From positions 1 through 16,944 of the forward strand of contig PFAX01000006.1 in assembly GCA_002773495.1 (NCBI GenBank): a stretch of 16,944 nt of DNA, in the 5' to 3' direction. The notes beneath the pieces are model-generated. The model was not told where the DNA came from and did not search any database. It worked only from the letters and a program-made list of their open reading frames with translations. Position 1 is the stretch's first letter; each line of letters opens with the position of its first letter. Below, in pieces: positions 8,157 through 14,942 of the stretch. A program made the position numbers and the translations under genes. Source of the stretch: a bacterium (Candidatus Gribaldobacteria) CG10_big_fil_rev_8_21_14_0_10_37_21 (GTDB taxonomy: Bacteria; Patescibacteriota; Minisyncoccia; Minisyncoccales; CG1-02-41-26).

Positions 8157-8927
8157 ATGAGTCAATATTATAACGCACAAAGGGTAAGGGGGCTTTATTT
8201 GCCTAATGCCAAAGAGCCGTTTCGGCTTTCAAGGTCAAAGATTGATTTATTTTTAAGTTGCCCCCGCTGTTTCTATTATGACCGTAAGCTGGGCGTTGGC
8301 AGGCCACCGGGTTTTCCTTTTGCTTTAAATTCAGCTGTGGATAAACTTTTAAAGACAGAGTTTGATCTTCACCGAGCCGAACAGAGCCAGCACCCCTTAA
8401 TGGAACATTATGGCTTAGTTGATATTGTGCCCTATCAAAACCCTTTAATGGATGAATGGCGCAATGCCTTATCTGGCGGGATTTGTTATTTGCACAAACC
8501 AACTAATTTTTATGTAACTGGTGGGATAGATGATGTTTGGCAAAACATTAAGACCGAAGAACTTATTATTGTTGATTATAAAGCAACCTCTAAAGAAACA
8601 GAAGTAAATCTTGACGCTGACTGGCAAATTAGTTACAAGCACCAAATGGAGATTTACCAGTGGCTTTTCAGGCAAAATGGTTACAAGATAAGTGAAATAG
8701 GGTATTTTGTTTATTGTAATGGCAATGCTGACAAAGAAGCGTTTGACGCTAAATTAGAGTTTGAGATAAAAGTTATCCCCTATCAAGGCGATGATTCTTG
8801 GGTAGAGCAAACTTTAAAAGACGCTTACCATTGTTTAAACCAAGGCAAAATTCCACCAGCTAGCCCTGATTGTGATTATTGTAGCTATCTTGAAGCAATA
8901 AATAAGGCAGGTGAAAAGATAGCTTGA
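8157..8927 (+). CDS. Stand-alone Cas4-like / RecB-family PD-(D/E)xK nuclease with four Cys (putative Fe-S)
   Basis: N-terminal LSCPRCFYY (Cas4-type CPR motif), core IVDYKATSK and QMEIYQWLF (D..K and QxxxY motifs), C-terminal DCDYCSY. Confidence 0.75.
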   Translation: MSQYYNAQRVRGLYLPNAKEPFRLSRSKIDLFLSCPRCFYYDRKLGVGRPPGFPFALNSAVDKLLKTEFDLHRAEQSQHPLMEHYGLVDIVPYQNPLMDEWRNALSGGICYLHKPTNFYVTGGIDDVWQNIKTEELIIVDYKATSKETEVNLDADWQISYKHQMEIYQWLFRQNGYKISEIGYFVYCNGNADKEAFDAKLEFEIKVIPYQGDDSWVEQTLKDAYHCLNQGKIPPASPDCDYCSYLEAINKAGEKIA

Positions 8928-8964
8928 TTTTCATTAAGGTTAATGCTATGCTTTAATTAATAAT

Positions 8965-8981
8965 AATGTTTTAATAACATT
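8965..8981. repeat. Inverted repeat aatgtt-N5-aacatt in the 5' region of the RRM gene (candidate operator or RNA hairpin)
   Basis: Read directly from the sequence; it sits in an AT-rich 147-bp leader that also has a gacg...cgtc hairpin at about 9028-9058. Confidence 0.3.
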
Positions 8982-9074
8982 ATGCTTTGCGAAATCTTGC
9001 GTTCGAATTCTTTTTTAAGATTTACGACGTTAAGAAAGTAGAAAGTCAAGGTCGTCAATCTTAAGAAAAATACA

Positions 9075-9335
9075 ATGAACAAGAAACTTTTTGTAGGCAA
9101 TTTGCCTTTTCAAGCAACCGAGCAATCTCTTCAAGACATGTTTGCCCAAGTTGGTAATGTTGAATCAGTGGCCATTATCACAGATAGAGCGACTGGTAGG
9201 TCAAAAGGGTTCGGCTTTGTTGAAATGTCAACAGAGGACGAAGCCAAGAAAGCCATTGAAGAGCTTGATGGTAAAGAATTCGAAGGTAGAAAAATGTTCG
9301 TTTCTGAAGCAAAACCAATGCAACCCAGAGACTGA
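9075..9335 (+). CDS. Single-RRM RNA-binding protein
   Basis: RNP-2 LFVGNL and RNP-1 KGFGFVEM; 86 aa. Confidence 0.85.
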   Translation: MNKKLFVGNLPFQATEQSLQDMFAQVGNVESVAIITDRATGRSKGFGFVEMSTEDEAKKAIEELDGKEFEGRKMFVSEAKPMQPRD

Positions 9336-9342
9336 ATTAACT

Positions 9343-9370
9343 AAAAACTCCCCCACAAAGGGGAGTTTTT
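9343..9370 (+). terminator. Rho-independent terminator after the RRM gene
   Basis: aactcccc / loop cacaaa / ggggagtt stem-loop followed by TTTTT. Confidence 0.75.
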
Positions 9371-9397
9371 AGTTAAGGTTTTATTTAAGATGGGGCT

Positions 9398-9406
9398 GTG
9401 GATAAC
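9398..9406 (-). promoter_or_regulatory. Perfect DnaA-box 9-mer (TTATCCACA on the - strand) abutting the -35 of the toxin-antitoxin promoter; part of a 16-nt exact repeat (9396-9411)
   Basis: The + strand reads ctgTGTGGATAActtttt; the identical 16-mer recurs at 13086-13101. Confidence 0.45.
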
Positions 9407-9409
9407 TTT

Positions 9410-9437
9410 TTGACAAATAGATTATGTACGCTATAAT
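9410..9437 (+). promoter_or_regulatory. Near-consensus sigma70 promoter for the toxin-antitoxin operon (TTGACA-16 nt-TATAAT)
   Basis: TTGACA at 9410-9415, TATAAT at 9432-9437, ATG at 9459. Confidence 0.55.
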
Positions 9438-9458
9438 GAACATAATACAAAAAATATT

Positions 9459-9800
9459 ATGGCAAAAAAATACTTATCAATCACTGACGCTCGGAAAGAC
9501 CTTTTTCAAATTGCCCAAGAATCTCAGAAACCAGATGCTCATTTCATTTTAACAATTAATGGTAAGCCAGAGGTAGCTTTAATGTCTTTTGAAGAATATG
9601 AGGCTATTTTAGAAACAATTGATTTTTTAAGCGAGCCAGGCGCTCTTACAGAGCTTGGAGAAGCGGAAAAAGAAATAGAAAAAGGGGAGTTTTTTGATTT
9701 TGATGTTGTCAAGCAAGAGCTTGATTTTGCCAGGAAGGGTGCAATGGTTTTAGCTGAAAATCCTAAGCAAAAGTATCAACCAAAAAGACGGAAAAAATGA
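9459..9800 (+). CDS. Phd/YefM-family type II antitoxin with an extended basic C-terminal tail
   Basis: ITDARKDLFQI...ILTINGKPEVALMSFEEYEAILET is a typical YefM/Phd N-domain; its 4-nt overlap (ATGA) with the downstream toxin gene is also typical. Confidence 0.8.
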   Translation: MAKKYLSITDARKDLFQIAQESQKPDAHFILTINGKPEVALMSFEEYEAILETIDFLSEPGALTELGEAEKEIEKGEFFDFDVVKQELDFARKGAMVLAENPKQKYQPKRRKK

Positions 9801-10072
9801 AAGAAAAGAAATTTACAATTAGGTTTTCGAATAAGGCCTACCATTCTTTCAAAAGAATTCTTCAAGAATGGCAACACAGGGTAGAAGAAGCCATTAGTAG
9901 CTTGGCTCAAAGCCCTTTTTATGGTAAAAAAATGTGGGGCAAGTTTCAAGCAAAAAGACATTTAAGGGTTTGGCCTTATAGAATTATTTATGAAGTTAAA
10001 GAAAAAGAGAATTTAATTTATATTTTAAATATCGCTCAAAGAAGAAGCATTGGTTATAAATGTTTTTTTTGA
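9797..10072 (+). CDS. RelE/ParE-family type II toxin
   Basis: 91 aa, basic; C-terminal RVWPYRIIYEVKEKENLIYILNIAQRR matches the RelE/ParE fold signature. Confidence 0.75.
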   Translation: MKEKKFTIRFSNKAYHSFKRILQEWQHRVEEAISSLAQSPFYGKKMWGKFQAKRHLRVWPYRIIYEVKEKENLIYILNIAQRRSIGYKCFF

Positions 10073-10081
10073 ACAAGAAAT

Positions 10082-10768
10082 ATGCCAAAACAAGAAAAGC
10101 CAATTAGAGAAATGCCAAAACCTGAACGACCCAGGGAAAAGCTAATTGAAACAGGTGCGAAAAACCTTAAAGAAAAAGAGCTTTTAGCGATTTTACTTTC
10201 CACTGGCATTAAAGGCAAAAATGTTGTTAAGGTTTCTGAAGAAATTTTAAAACAATTTTCTTTGCCAAAGCTTTTTAAACTTTCTTTTCAGGATTTATCT
10301 AAAATAAAAGGGGTGGGCCAGGCAAAGGCCTGTATTGTTTTAGCCGCTTTTGAAATTGTTAAAAGGGCCCTGGGAACTCAAGACGAAATAGCGCCAAAAA
10401 TTATTTCTGTTGATGACATTGTAGCTCAAGCTATTTATATGCGAGATAAACAAAGGGAGCATTTTATGGTTTTGTATTTAAACGGTAGGAACGAGCTTAT
10501 TTTTAAAAAACCAATGTTTGTAGGCACTTTAAACGCTAATTTAGTTCACCCTAGAGAAATATTTATTGAGGCCCTAAAACAAAACGCGGCTTGTTTGATT
10601 TTTTGCCATAATCACCCTTCAGGCGACCCTTCGCCTTCAAAAATTGATTTGGAAATTACCAAACGACTTTCTGAAGCTGGCAGAATAATGGGGATTGATG
10701 TTTTAGACCATCTTATTATTAGCAAGACAAAGGTTTTTAGCTTTAGGGAAAGCGGGCTGATTACTTAA
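10082..10768 (+). CDS. radC: RadC-like JAB/MPN-domain protein
   Basis: N-terminal ERPREKLIETGAKNLKEKELLAILLSTG (helix-hairpin-helix-like) and the JAB metal motif HNHPSGDPSPSKIDLEIT. Confidence 0.85.
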   Translation: MPKQEKPIREMPKPERPREKLIETGAKNLKEKELLAILLSTGIKGKNVVKVSEEILKQFSLPKLFKLSFQDLSKIKGVGQAKACIVLAAFEIVKRALGTQDEIAPKIISVDDIVAQAIYMRDKQREHFMVLYLNGRNELIFKKPMFVGTLNANLVHPREIFIEALKQNAACLIFCHNHPSGDPSPSKIDLEITKRLSEAGRIMGIDVLDHLIISKTKVFSFRESGLIT

Positions 10769-10829
10769 TAGCAAAGAGCTAATAGCAAAAGGCGAATGGC
10801 GAATAATAAAAAAATAAAAATAAAAAAAT

Positions 10830-11279
10830 ATGCAACAAACACAAAGCCAAGTTACTATCTTTAAGTCAATTTTTTTTGAAATAGCTGACGAAAACGGGTT
10901 AGTTTATGATTTTTCAACTAAAAAAGCTAATTTCCAGTTAGAAAAAGAAGATGCCAGGGCTAAATTTTTAGTCAACTTAATCGAAAACTATGGGTTTAAA
11001 GAAGAGGACTTACGGCTTGATTTTGAACCCTTGGCCTTAGAAATATTAGGATCGGTTGATTTAGTTGCCTTTAAAAAAGAAAAGCCATTTTTGGCTTGCC
11101 ATTTTTTGCATGAAAGACCATCTTACTTAGAAGTTTCTTCAGCTAAAGAGGGGCTTTTTAGAAAGATGAAGGATTTAAAGGTAGAATATGGCGTTTTAAT
11201 TTTTAATACCAGAGAATATTTTTTTAAAAGAGAAAACAAAAAAATTATTGAAATTGCCCCGGCTTTGTTTTTAAGGTAA
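10830..11279 (+). CDS. Hypothetical protein, 149 aa; weak resemblance to a stand-alone PD-(D/E)xK (HsdR-N-like) fold
   Basis: Intact ORF of reasonable size between radC and pyrH; the segment GSVDLVAFKKEKPFLACHFLHE has a D...E pattern but no canonical ExK. Confidence 0.5.
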   Translation: MQQTQSQVTIFKSIFFEIADENGLVYDFSTKKANFQLEKEDARAKFLVNLIENYGFKEEDLRLDFEPLALEILGSVDLVAFKKEKPFLACHFLHERPSYLEVSSAKEGLFRKMKDLKVEYGVLIFNTREYFFKRENKKIIEIAPALFLR

Positions 11280-11292
11280 AATAAAAATAAAT

Positions 11293-12054
11293 ATGCAAAA
11301 TCAAAATAAGAGTCAGTTAATTAGCCAGCATCTAGCCAGTAAGCCCAATAATCAGCCGATTAACCAGCCAGATAGTTTTGTTGTTGATTTAGGTGGGTCA
11401 GTGGCTATTACAGAAAAAGGCCCGGACGTTACTCTTTTGAAAAAGTTTTATAAAGAAATTATTTTTCAGGTTAAAAAGGGTAAAAAATTTATTATTGTGA
11501 TTGGGGGTGGTAATTTGGCTCGGGTTTATCAGAAAATGGCTAAAAAAATAAGCCAGCCCTCATTAGAAAGTTTAGATTGGGTTGGGATTAAATCAACCCA
11601 CTTAAACGCTGAACTCTTGAAAGCTTGTTTTGCTGACATTGTTTTTCCTGAAGTTATTACAGAAAGATTTCAAGCGAGAAGTTTTGAAAAATATTCAGTT
11701 ATTATAGCTGGTGGGTTTTTGCCGGGGGCTTCAACTGACTATGTTTGCGCCCAATTAGCGGTTGATTTTCAAATTAAGCAAGTGATTGCTTTAGGCAAGC
11801 CAGCTTATGTTTACACAGCTAACCCTGAAAAAAGCAAAAAAGCCAAGCCAATTAAAAATATGACTTGGGGCGATTATTTCAAATTAATCCCTAAAGAGTG
11901 GAACCCGGGGGCCAAAATACCAATTGATCAAAAGGCAGCTCAATTAGCCAAGGAGCGAGGGCTTTCTTTTGTGGTAGCTAATGGTAAAAGTATGGCCAAT
12001 TTCCGAAAAATCTTAGAAAACCAGCCCTTTAAGGGTACTTTGCTTGAAAATTAA
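11293..12054 (+). CDS. pyrH: UMP kinase, archaeal type (amino-acid-kinase family), with an N-terminal Q/N/P-rich extension
   Basis: VVDLGGSV, IVIGGGNLARVY, GIKSTHLNAELL, IIAGGFLPGASTDY and KPAYVYTANPEK align block-for-block with my memory of archaeal PyrH. Confidence 0.7.
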   Translation: MQNQNKSQLISQHLASKPNNQPINQPDSFVVDLGGSVAITEKGPDVTLLKKFYKEIIFQVKKGKKFIIVIGGGNLARVYQKMAKKISQPSLESLDWVGIKSTHLNAELLKACFADIVFPEVITERFQARSFEKYSVIIAGGFLPGASTDYVCAQLAVDFQIKQVIALGKPAYVYTANPEKSKKAKPIKNMTWGDYFKLIPKEWNPGAKIPIDQKAAQLAKERGLSFVVANGKSMANFRKILENQPFKGTLLEN

Positions 12055-12107
12055 GTGGTTTTGTGCTATATTTGCCTTAGGTTACTTAATTTTGTAACTT
12101 AAAAAAT

Positions 12108-12590
12108 ATGACAGAAACAAAAAAATTATATCGCCAAGACGAGGGTAAAGTTATCGCTGGCGTTGCAACAGGCATTGCCCAATATTTTAACCTTGACCCA
12201 ATTGTTGTTCGGGTTTTGTTCGTTTTGTTTACCTTTTTTCAAGGGGCGGGTATTCTACTTTACATTATTTTAGCTGTTTTAGTACCCAAGTACTCTGAAA
12301 AAGCTATTTTACCGGAAGAAGTTTTAAAGGAAAAAGCTGAGAAAGCTGAAGAAATAACCCATAAAGCCACAGAGAAAGCTAAACACATTTCGCAAAAAAT
12401 CAAAGAAAAAAAATGGCTTAGCGACAGCCGAAGAATTTTAGGGGTTATTTGTGTTTTAGGGGGTGTTGGGATTATTTTAAACAAGTACTTTTTTGAATGG
12501 TTCAAATGGGATATGCTTTGGACTGCCACTTTAGTTGTGGTTGGCTTTTATCTCGTGATTACTGAAACTAAAGAAAAGAGTGCAAAATAA
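12108..12590 (+). CDS. PspC-domain membrane protein
   Basis: KLYRQDEGKVIAGVATGIAQYFNLDPIVVRVLFVLFTFFQGAGILLYIILAVLVP is a canonical PspC domain; a second transmembrane segment lies at the C-terminus. Confidence 0.8.
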   Translation: MTETKKLYRQDEGKVIAGVATGIAQYFNLDPIVVRVLFVLFTFFQGAGILLYIILAVLVPKYSEKAILPEEVLKEKAEKAEEITHKATEKAKHISQKIKEKKWLSDSRRILGVICVLGGVGIILNKYFFEWFKWDMLWTATLVVVGFYLVITETKEKSAK

Positions 12591-12593
12591 AAA

Positions 12594-13058
12594 ATGATAA
12601 ACAAAAATTTAATTTTTTCTTTAGCAATATTACTTCTCCTTGTCGTTTTTGGGTTTTTTTTGTTCAAACCCAATAAAATAATAACTAAAATAACTTTTTT
12701 AAATGAAGGCAATGTAGCTGTTGAAATTTCAGCTGAAATAGCTAAAACTAAAGAGCAGTTATCCGTTGGGTTGTCAAAAAGAAAAGATTTACCAGAAAAC
12801 CAAGGTATGCTCTTCTTATTTAATGAGGAACAATTTTTAGCTTTTTGGATGAAAGACACGCTTATTCCTTTAGATCTTATTTTTTTAAACAAAGACAAGC
12901 AAATTGTTAAAATTGTTCATGAAGCTCAACCTTGCTTTGGGGAAAATTGCCCCTCTTATTTTTCTGATTTTGAAAGCCAATATGTTATTGAGGTTTTAGG
13001 CGGTTTTTGTGATAAGTATCAAATTAACGAGGCAAGCACAGTTAATTTTTTGTTTTAA
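12594..13058 (+). CDS. DUF192-family (COG1430) protein with an N-terminal signal/anchor
   Basis: GLSKRKDLPENQGMLFLFNEEQFLAFWMKDTLIPLDLIFLNKDKQIV...YVIEVLGGF matches the DUF192 pattern. Confidence 0.75.
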   Translation: MINKNLIFSLAILLLLVVFGFFLFKPNKIITKITFLNEGNVAVEISAEIAKTKEQLSVGLSKRKDLPENQGMLFLFNEEQFLAFWMKDTLIPLDLIFLNKDKQIVKIVHEAQPCFGENCPSYFSDFESQYVIEVLGGFCDKYQINEASTVNFLF

Positions 13059-13087
13059 AAATTTGCCTTTTGACTTAACTTGACCCT

Positions 13088-13096
13088 GTGGATAAC
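13088..13096 (-). promoter_or_regulatory. Second perfect DnaA-box 9-mer inside the second copy of the 16-nt repeat (13086-13101), in the DUF192 / 109-aa-gene intergenic region
   Basis: cttgaccCTGTGGATAACTTTTTtaag; a third near-consensus box, TTATCCACt, lies at 13344-13352 on the + strand inside the 109-aa ORF. Confidence 0.45.
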
Positions 13097-13155
13097 TTTT
13101 TTAAGCAGAGCTTGTCTTTTTCTGAAGTTAAGCTAAAATAAACCAAATGTCGTTG

Positions 13156-13194
13156 CCCTCCCTTTGATAAAAAATTAGGGGGAGGGATTTTTTT
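13156..13194 (+). terminator. GC-rich hairpin plus U-tract (terminator or attenuator) 17 nt upstream of the 109-aa ORF
   Basis: ccctccc (13156-13162) pairs with gggaggg (13180-13186), followed by aTTTTTTT; the loop is unusually large (17 nt). Confidence 0.5.
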
Positions 13195-13210
13195 ATGCTA
13201 AAATAAAAGA

Positions 13211-13540
13211 ATGAAAATCGATGATTTCAGAAAAATAGTTTTTCAAATAGCCAAGGCTGCTCAAAACAGGGAAACAATCGCAATTTATTACCCCAAAACA
13301 GATAATTCTTGTGCTGGCTTTCGGGAGATTGAGCCCTATTCATTATCCACTGACATTGGCAAAATGGGGGAGCATTTAGTTTATGGTGAGGACTTAATAG
13401 GCTCGGGCCATATTTTAAATGCTTATACGGTTGGTTCAAAAGTTAATCATTGTGGCTCTTTTATTTTAGGTAAAATTACCCAAATCAAACCAACTAATAA
13501 AAAATTTATTCCCAGAAACAATTGGCAAGTAGAGTTTTAA
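13211..13540 (+). CDS. Hypothetical protein, 109 aa; possibly a divergent small beta-barrel (WYL-like) fold
   Basis: Intact ORF; REIEPYSL...HLVYGEDL...HILNAYTV faintly resembles the WYL-domain core but is not diagnostic. Confidence 0.5.
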   Translation: MKIDDFRKIVFQIAKAAQNRETIAIYYPKTDNSCAGFREIEPYSLSTDIGKMGEHLVYGEDLIGSGHILNAYTVGSKVNHCGSFILGKITQIKPTNKKFIPRNNWQVEF

Positions 13541-13558
13541 AAAAGTTTTCTTTTAGAG

Positions 13559-13564
13559 TATAAT
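13559..13564 (+). promoter_or_regulatory. TATAAT hexamer 6 nt upstream of the glyA ATG (leaderless configuration)
   Basis: agagTATAATttatttATG; no Shine-Dalgarno. Confidence 0.35.
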
Positions 13565-13570
13565 TTATTT

Positions 13571-14908
13571 ATGCAAAAACAATTTTTACAACAAGCTGAC
13601 CCAGAGATAGCTAATTTAGTTGAAAAAGAAACTAAGAGGCAAGAAGAGACCTTAATGCTGATCCCTTCGGAGAATCACAGCTCTTTGGCTGTTAAATCAG
13701 CGGTTGGTTCTGTTTTGCAAGATAAATATTGCGAGGGTTACCCTTTTAAAAGATATTATCAAGGCCAAGAGAATTTTGATCAGATAGAGACAATTTGCCA
13801 AGAAAGGGCAAAGAGTGCCTTTAAGGTGCCATTTTGTAATGTTCAGGCGCTTTCAGGGGCGCCGGCCAACTTGGCTGTTTATTTTGCTTTATTAGAAACA
13901 GGGGATAAAATTATGGGCTTACGTTTAGACCAAGGTGGGCATATTTCGCATGGCTTAAAGGTTAATTTTTCTGGTAAGTTTTTTAAGCCATTTTTTTATG
14001 GCCTTTCAGAAAATGGTTTGATAGATTACGAGGCCTTAGAAGAAGTGGCTCTAAAAGAAAAGCCCAAAATGATTATTGCTGGCGTAACTTCTTACCCAAT
14101 GGCTTTAGATTTCTCTCGGTTTGCTCAAATAGCTGACAAAATAGGGGCGTGGCTTTTAGGGGATGTTTCCCATGTGGCTGGTTTAATTTTAGGTGGGGTT
14201 TACCCTGACCCAGCCCCCTATTGCCATATTATAACCACAACAACCCATAAAACTTTAAGGGGGCCACGAGGGGCCCTAATAATGGCTACCGAAAAAGGGT
14301 TGCAAAAAGATCCAGAACTTGCTGAAAAAATAAACAAGGCCATTTTTCCGGGCTTGCAAGGAGGGCCCCATATGAACAACATAGCCGGTATTGCTGTTGC
14401 CTTAAAAGAAGCCCAAAGCCCTAAATTTAAAGAATACGCCAACCAAGTTGTTAAAAATGCAAAGGCCTTGGCTTTGGCCTTCAAGGAAAAGGGGGTTAAG
14501 CTTTGTTCAGGGGGCACTGAAACGCATTTGCTTTTAATTGATTTGAGAAATTTTGATATTTTAGGCAACACCGCAGCTCAAGCCCTTGAAGTAGCCGGGA
14601 TTGTTTTAAATCGAAATGGCATTCCCTTTGACCCCAATCCTCCCTTTTACCCTTCAGGTATTCGTTTAGGCACACCAGCAATTACAAGCCGGGGGATGAA
14701 AGAAGTAGAAATGGAACTTATTGCTGATTTTATCGCTCAAGGCCTAAGGGCTCTTAAAGAAACTAAGAATAAACTGGGCTTTTCCCTTGAAGAAGAAAAG
14801 AAAAAGATTGCCAGAGAGCAAATTATTAGCCAAACCCCTGTTTTAGAAGAAATGAAAGTCAAAGTTAAAAAACTTTGTTCTTTATTCCCCATAAAAGTAA
14901 GCTATTAA
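13571..14908 (+). CDS. glyA: Serine hydroxymethyltransferase
   Basis: SENHSSLAVKSAVGSVLQDKY, QALSGAPANLAVYFALL, the PLP-lysine region TTTTHKTLRGPRGALI; 445 aa. Confidence 0.95.
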   Translation: MQKQFLQQADPEIANLVEKETKRQEETLMLIPSENHSSLAVKSAVGSVLQDKYCEGYPFKRYYQGQENFDQIETICQERAKSAFKVPFCNVQALSGAPANLAVYFALLETGDKIMGLRLDQGGHISHGLKVNFSGKFFKPFFYGLSENGLIDYEALEEVALKEKPKMIIAGVTSYPMALDFSRFAQIADKIGAWLLGDVSHVAGLILGGVYPDPAPYCHIITTTTHKTLRGPRGALIMATEKGLQKDPELAEKINKAIFPGLQGGPHMNNIAGIAVALKEAQSPKFKEYANQVVKNAKALALAFKEKGVKLCSGGTETHLLLIDLRNFDILGNTAAQALEVAGIVLNRNGIPFDPNPPFYPSGIRLGTPAITSRGMKEVEMELIADFIAQGLRALKETKNKLGFSLEEEKKKIAREQIISQTPVLEEMKVKVKKLCSLFPIKVSY

Positions 14909-14913
14909 AAGTT

Positions 14914-14932
14914 ACAGGGGTCTGCCCCCTGT
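14914..14932 (+). terminator. Hairpin between glyA and thyX (weak terminator or attenuator)
   Basis: acagggg / tctgc / cccctgt; followed by attatcttat (U-rich but interrupted). Its 3' arm abuts a TATTAT hexamer 5 nt before the thyX ATG. Confidence 0.4.
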
Positions 14933-14942
14933 ATTATCTTAT

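Noticed and set aside
9142-9372. 76-aa + strand ORF overlapping the RRM gene in another frame
   Set aside because: The RRM frame carries canonical RNP-1/RNP-2 motifs; the alternative frame is K/Q-rich filler that runs into the terminator hairpin.
12081-12098. Small hairpin gttac-N8-gtaac between pyrH and the PspC gene as a terminator
   Set aside because: It is followed by an A-tract rather than a U-tract and the stem is only 5 bp; at best an operator-like palindrome.
912-14681. All thirteen minus-strand ORFs in the track (912-1214, 2318-2722, 2900-3088, 7419-7607, 7969-8178, 8203-8502, 8469-8675, 9776-9961, 12260-12529, 12548-12898, 13227-13439, 14218-14571, 14496-14681)
   Set aside because: Each lies inside or antisense to a well-supported + strand gene with recognisable motifs. 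Their translations are low-complexity with no motifs, and nothing on the - strand has promoter or terminator support.
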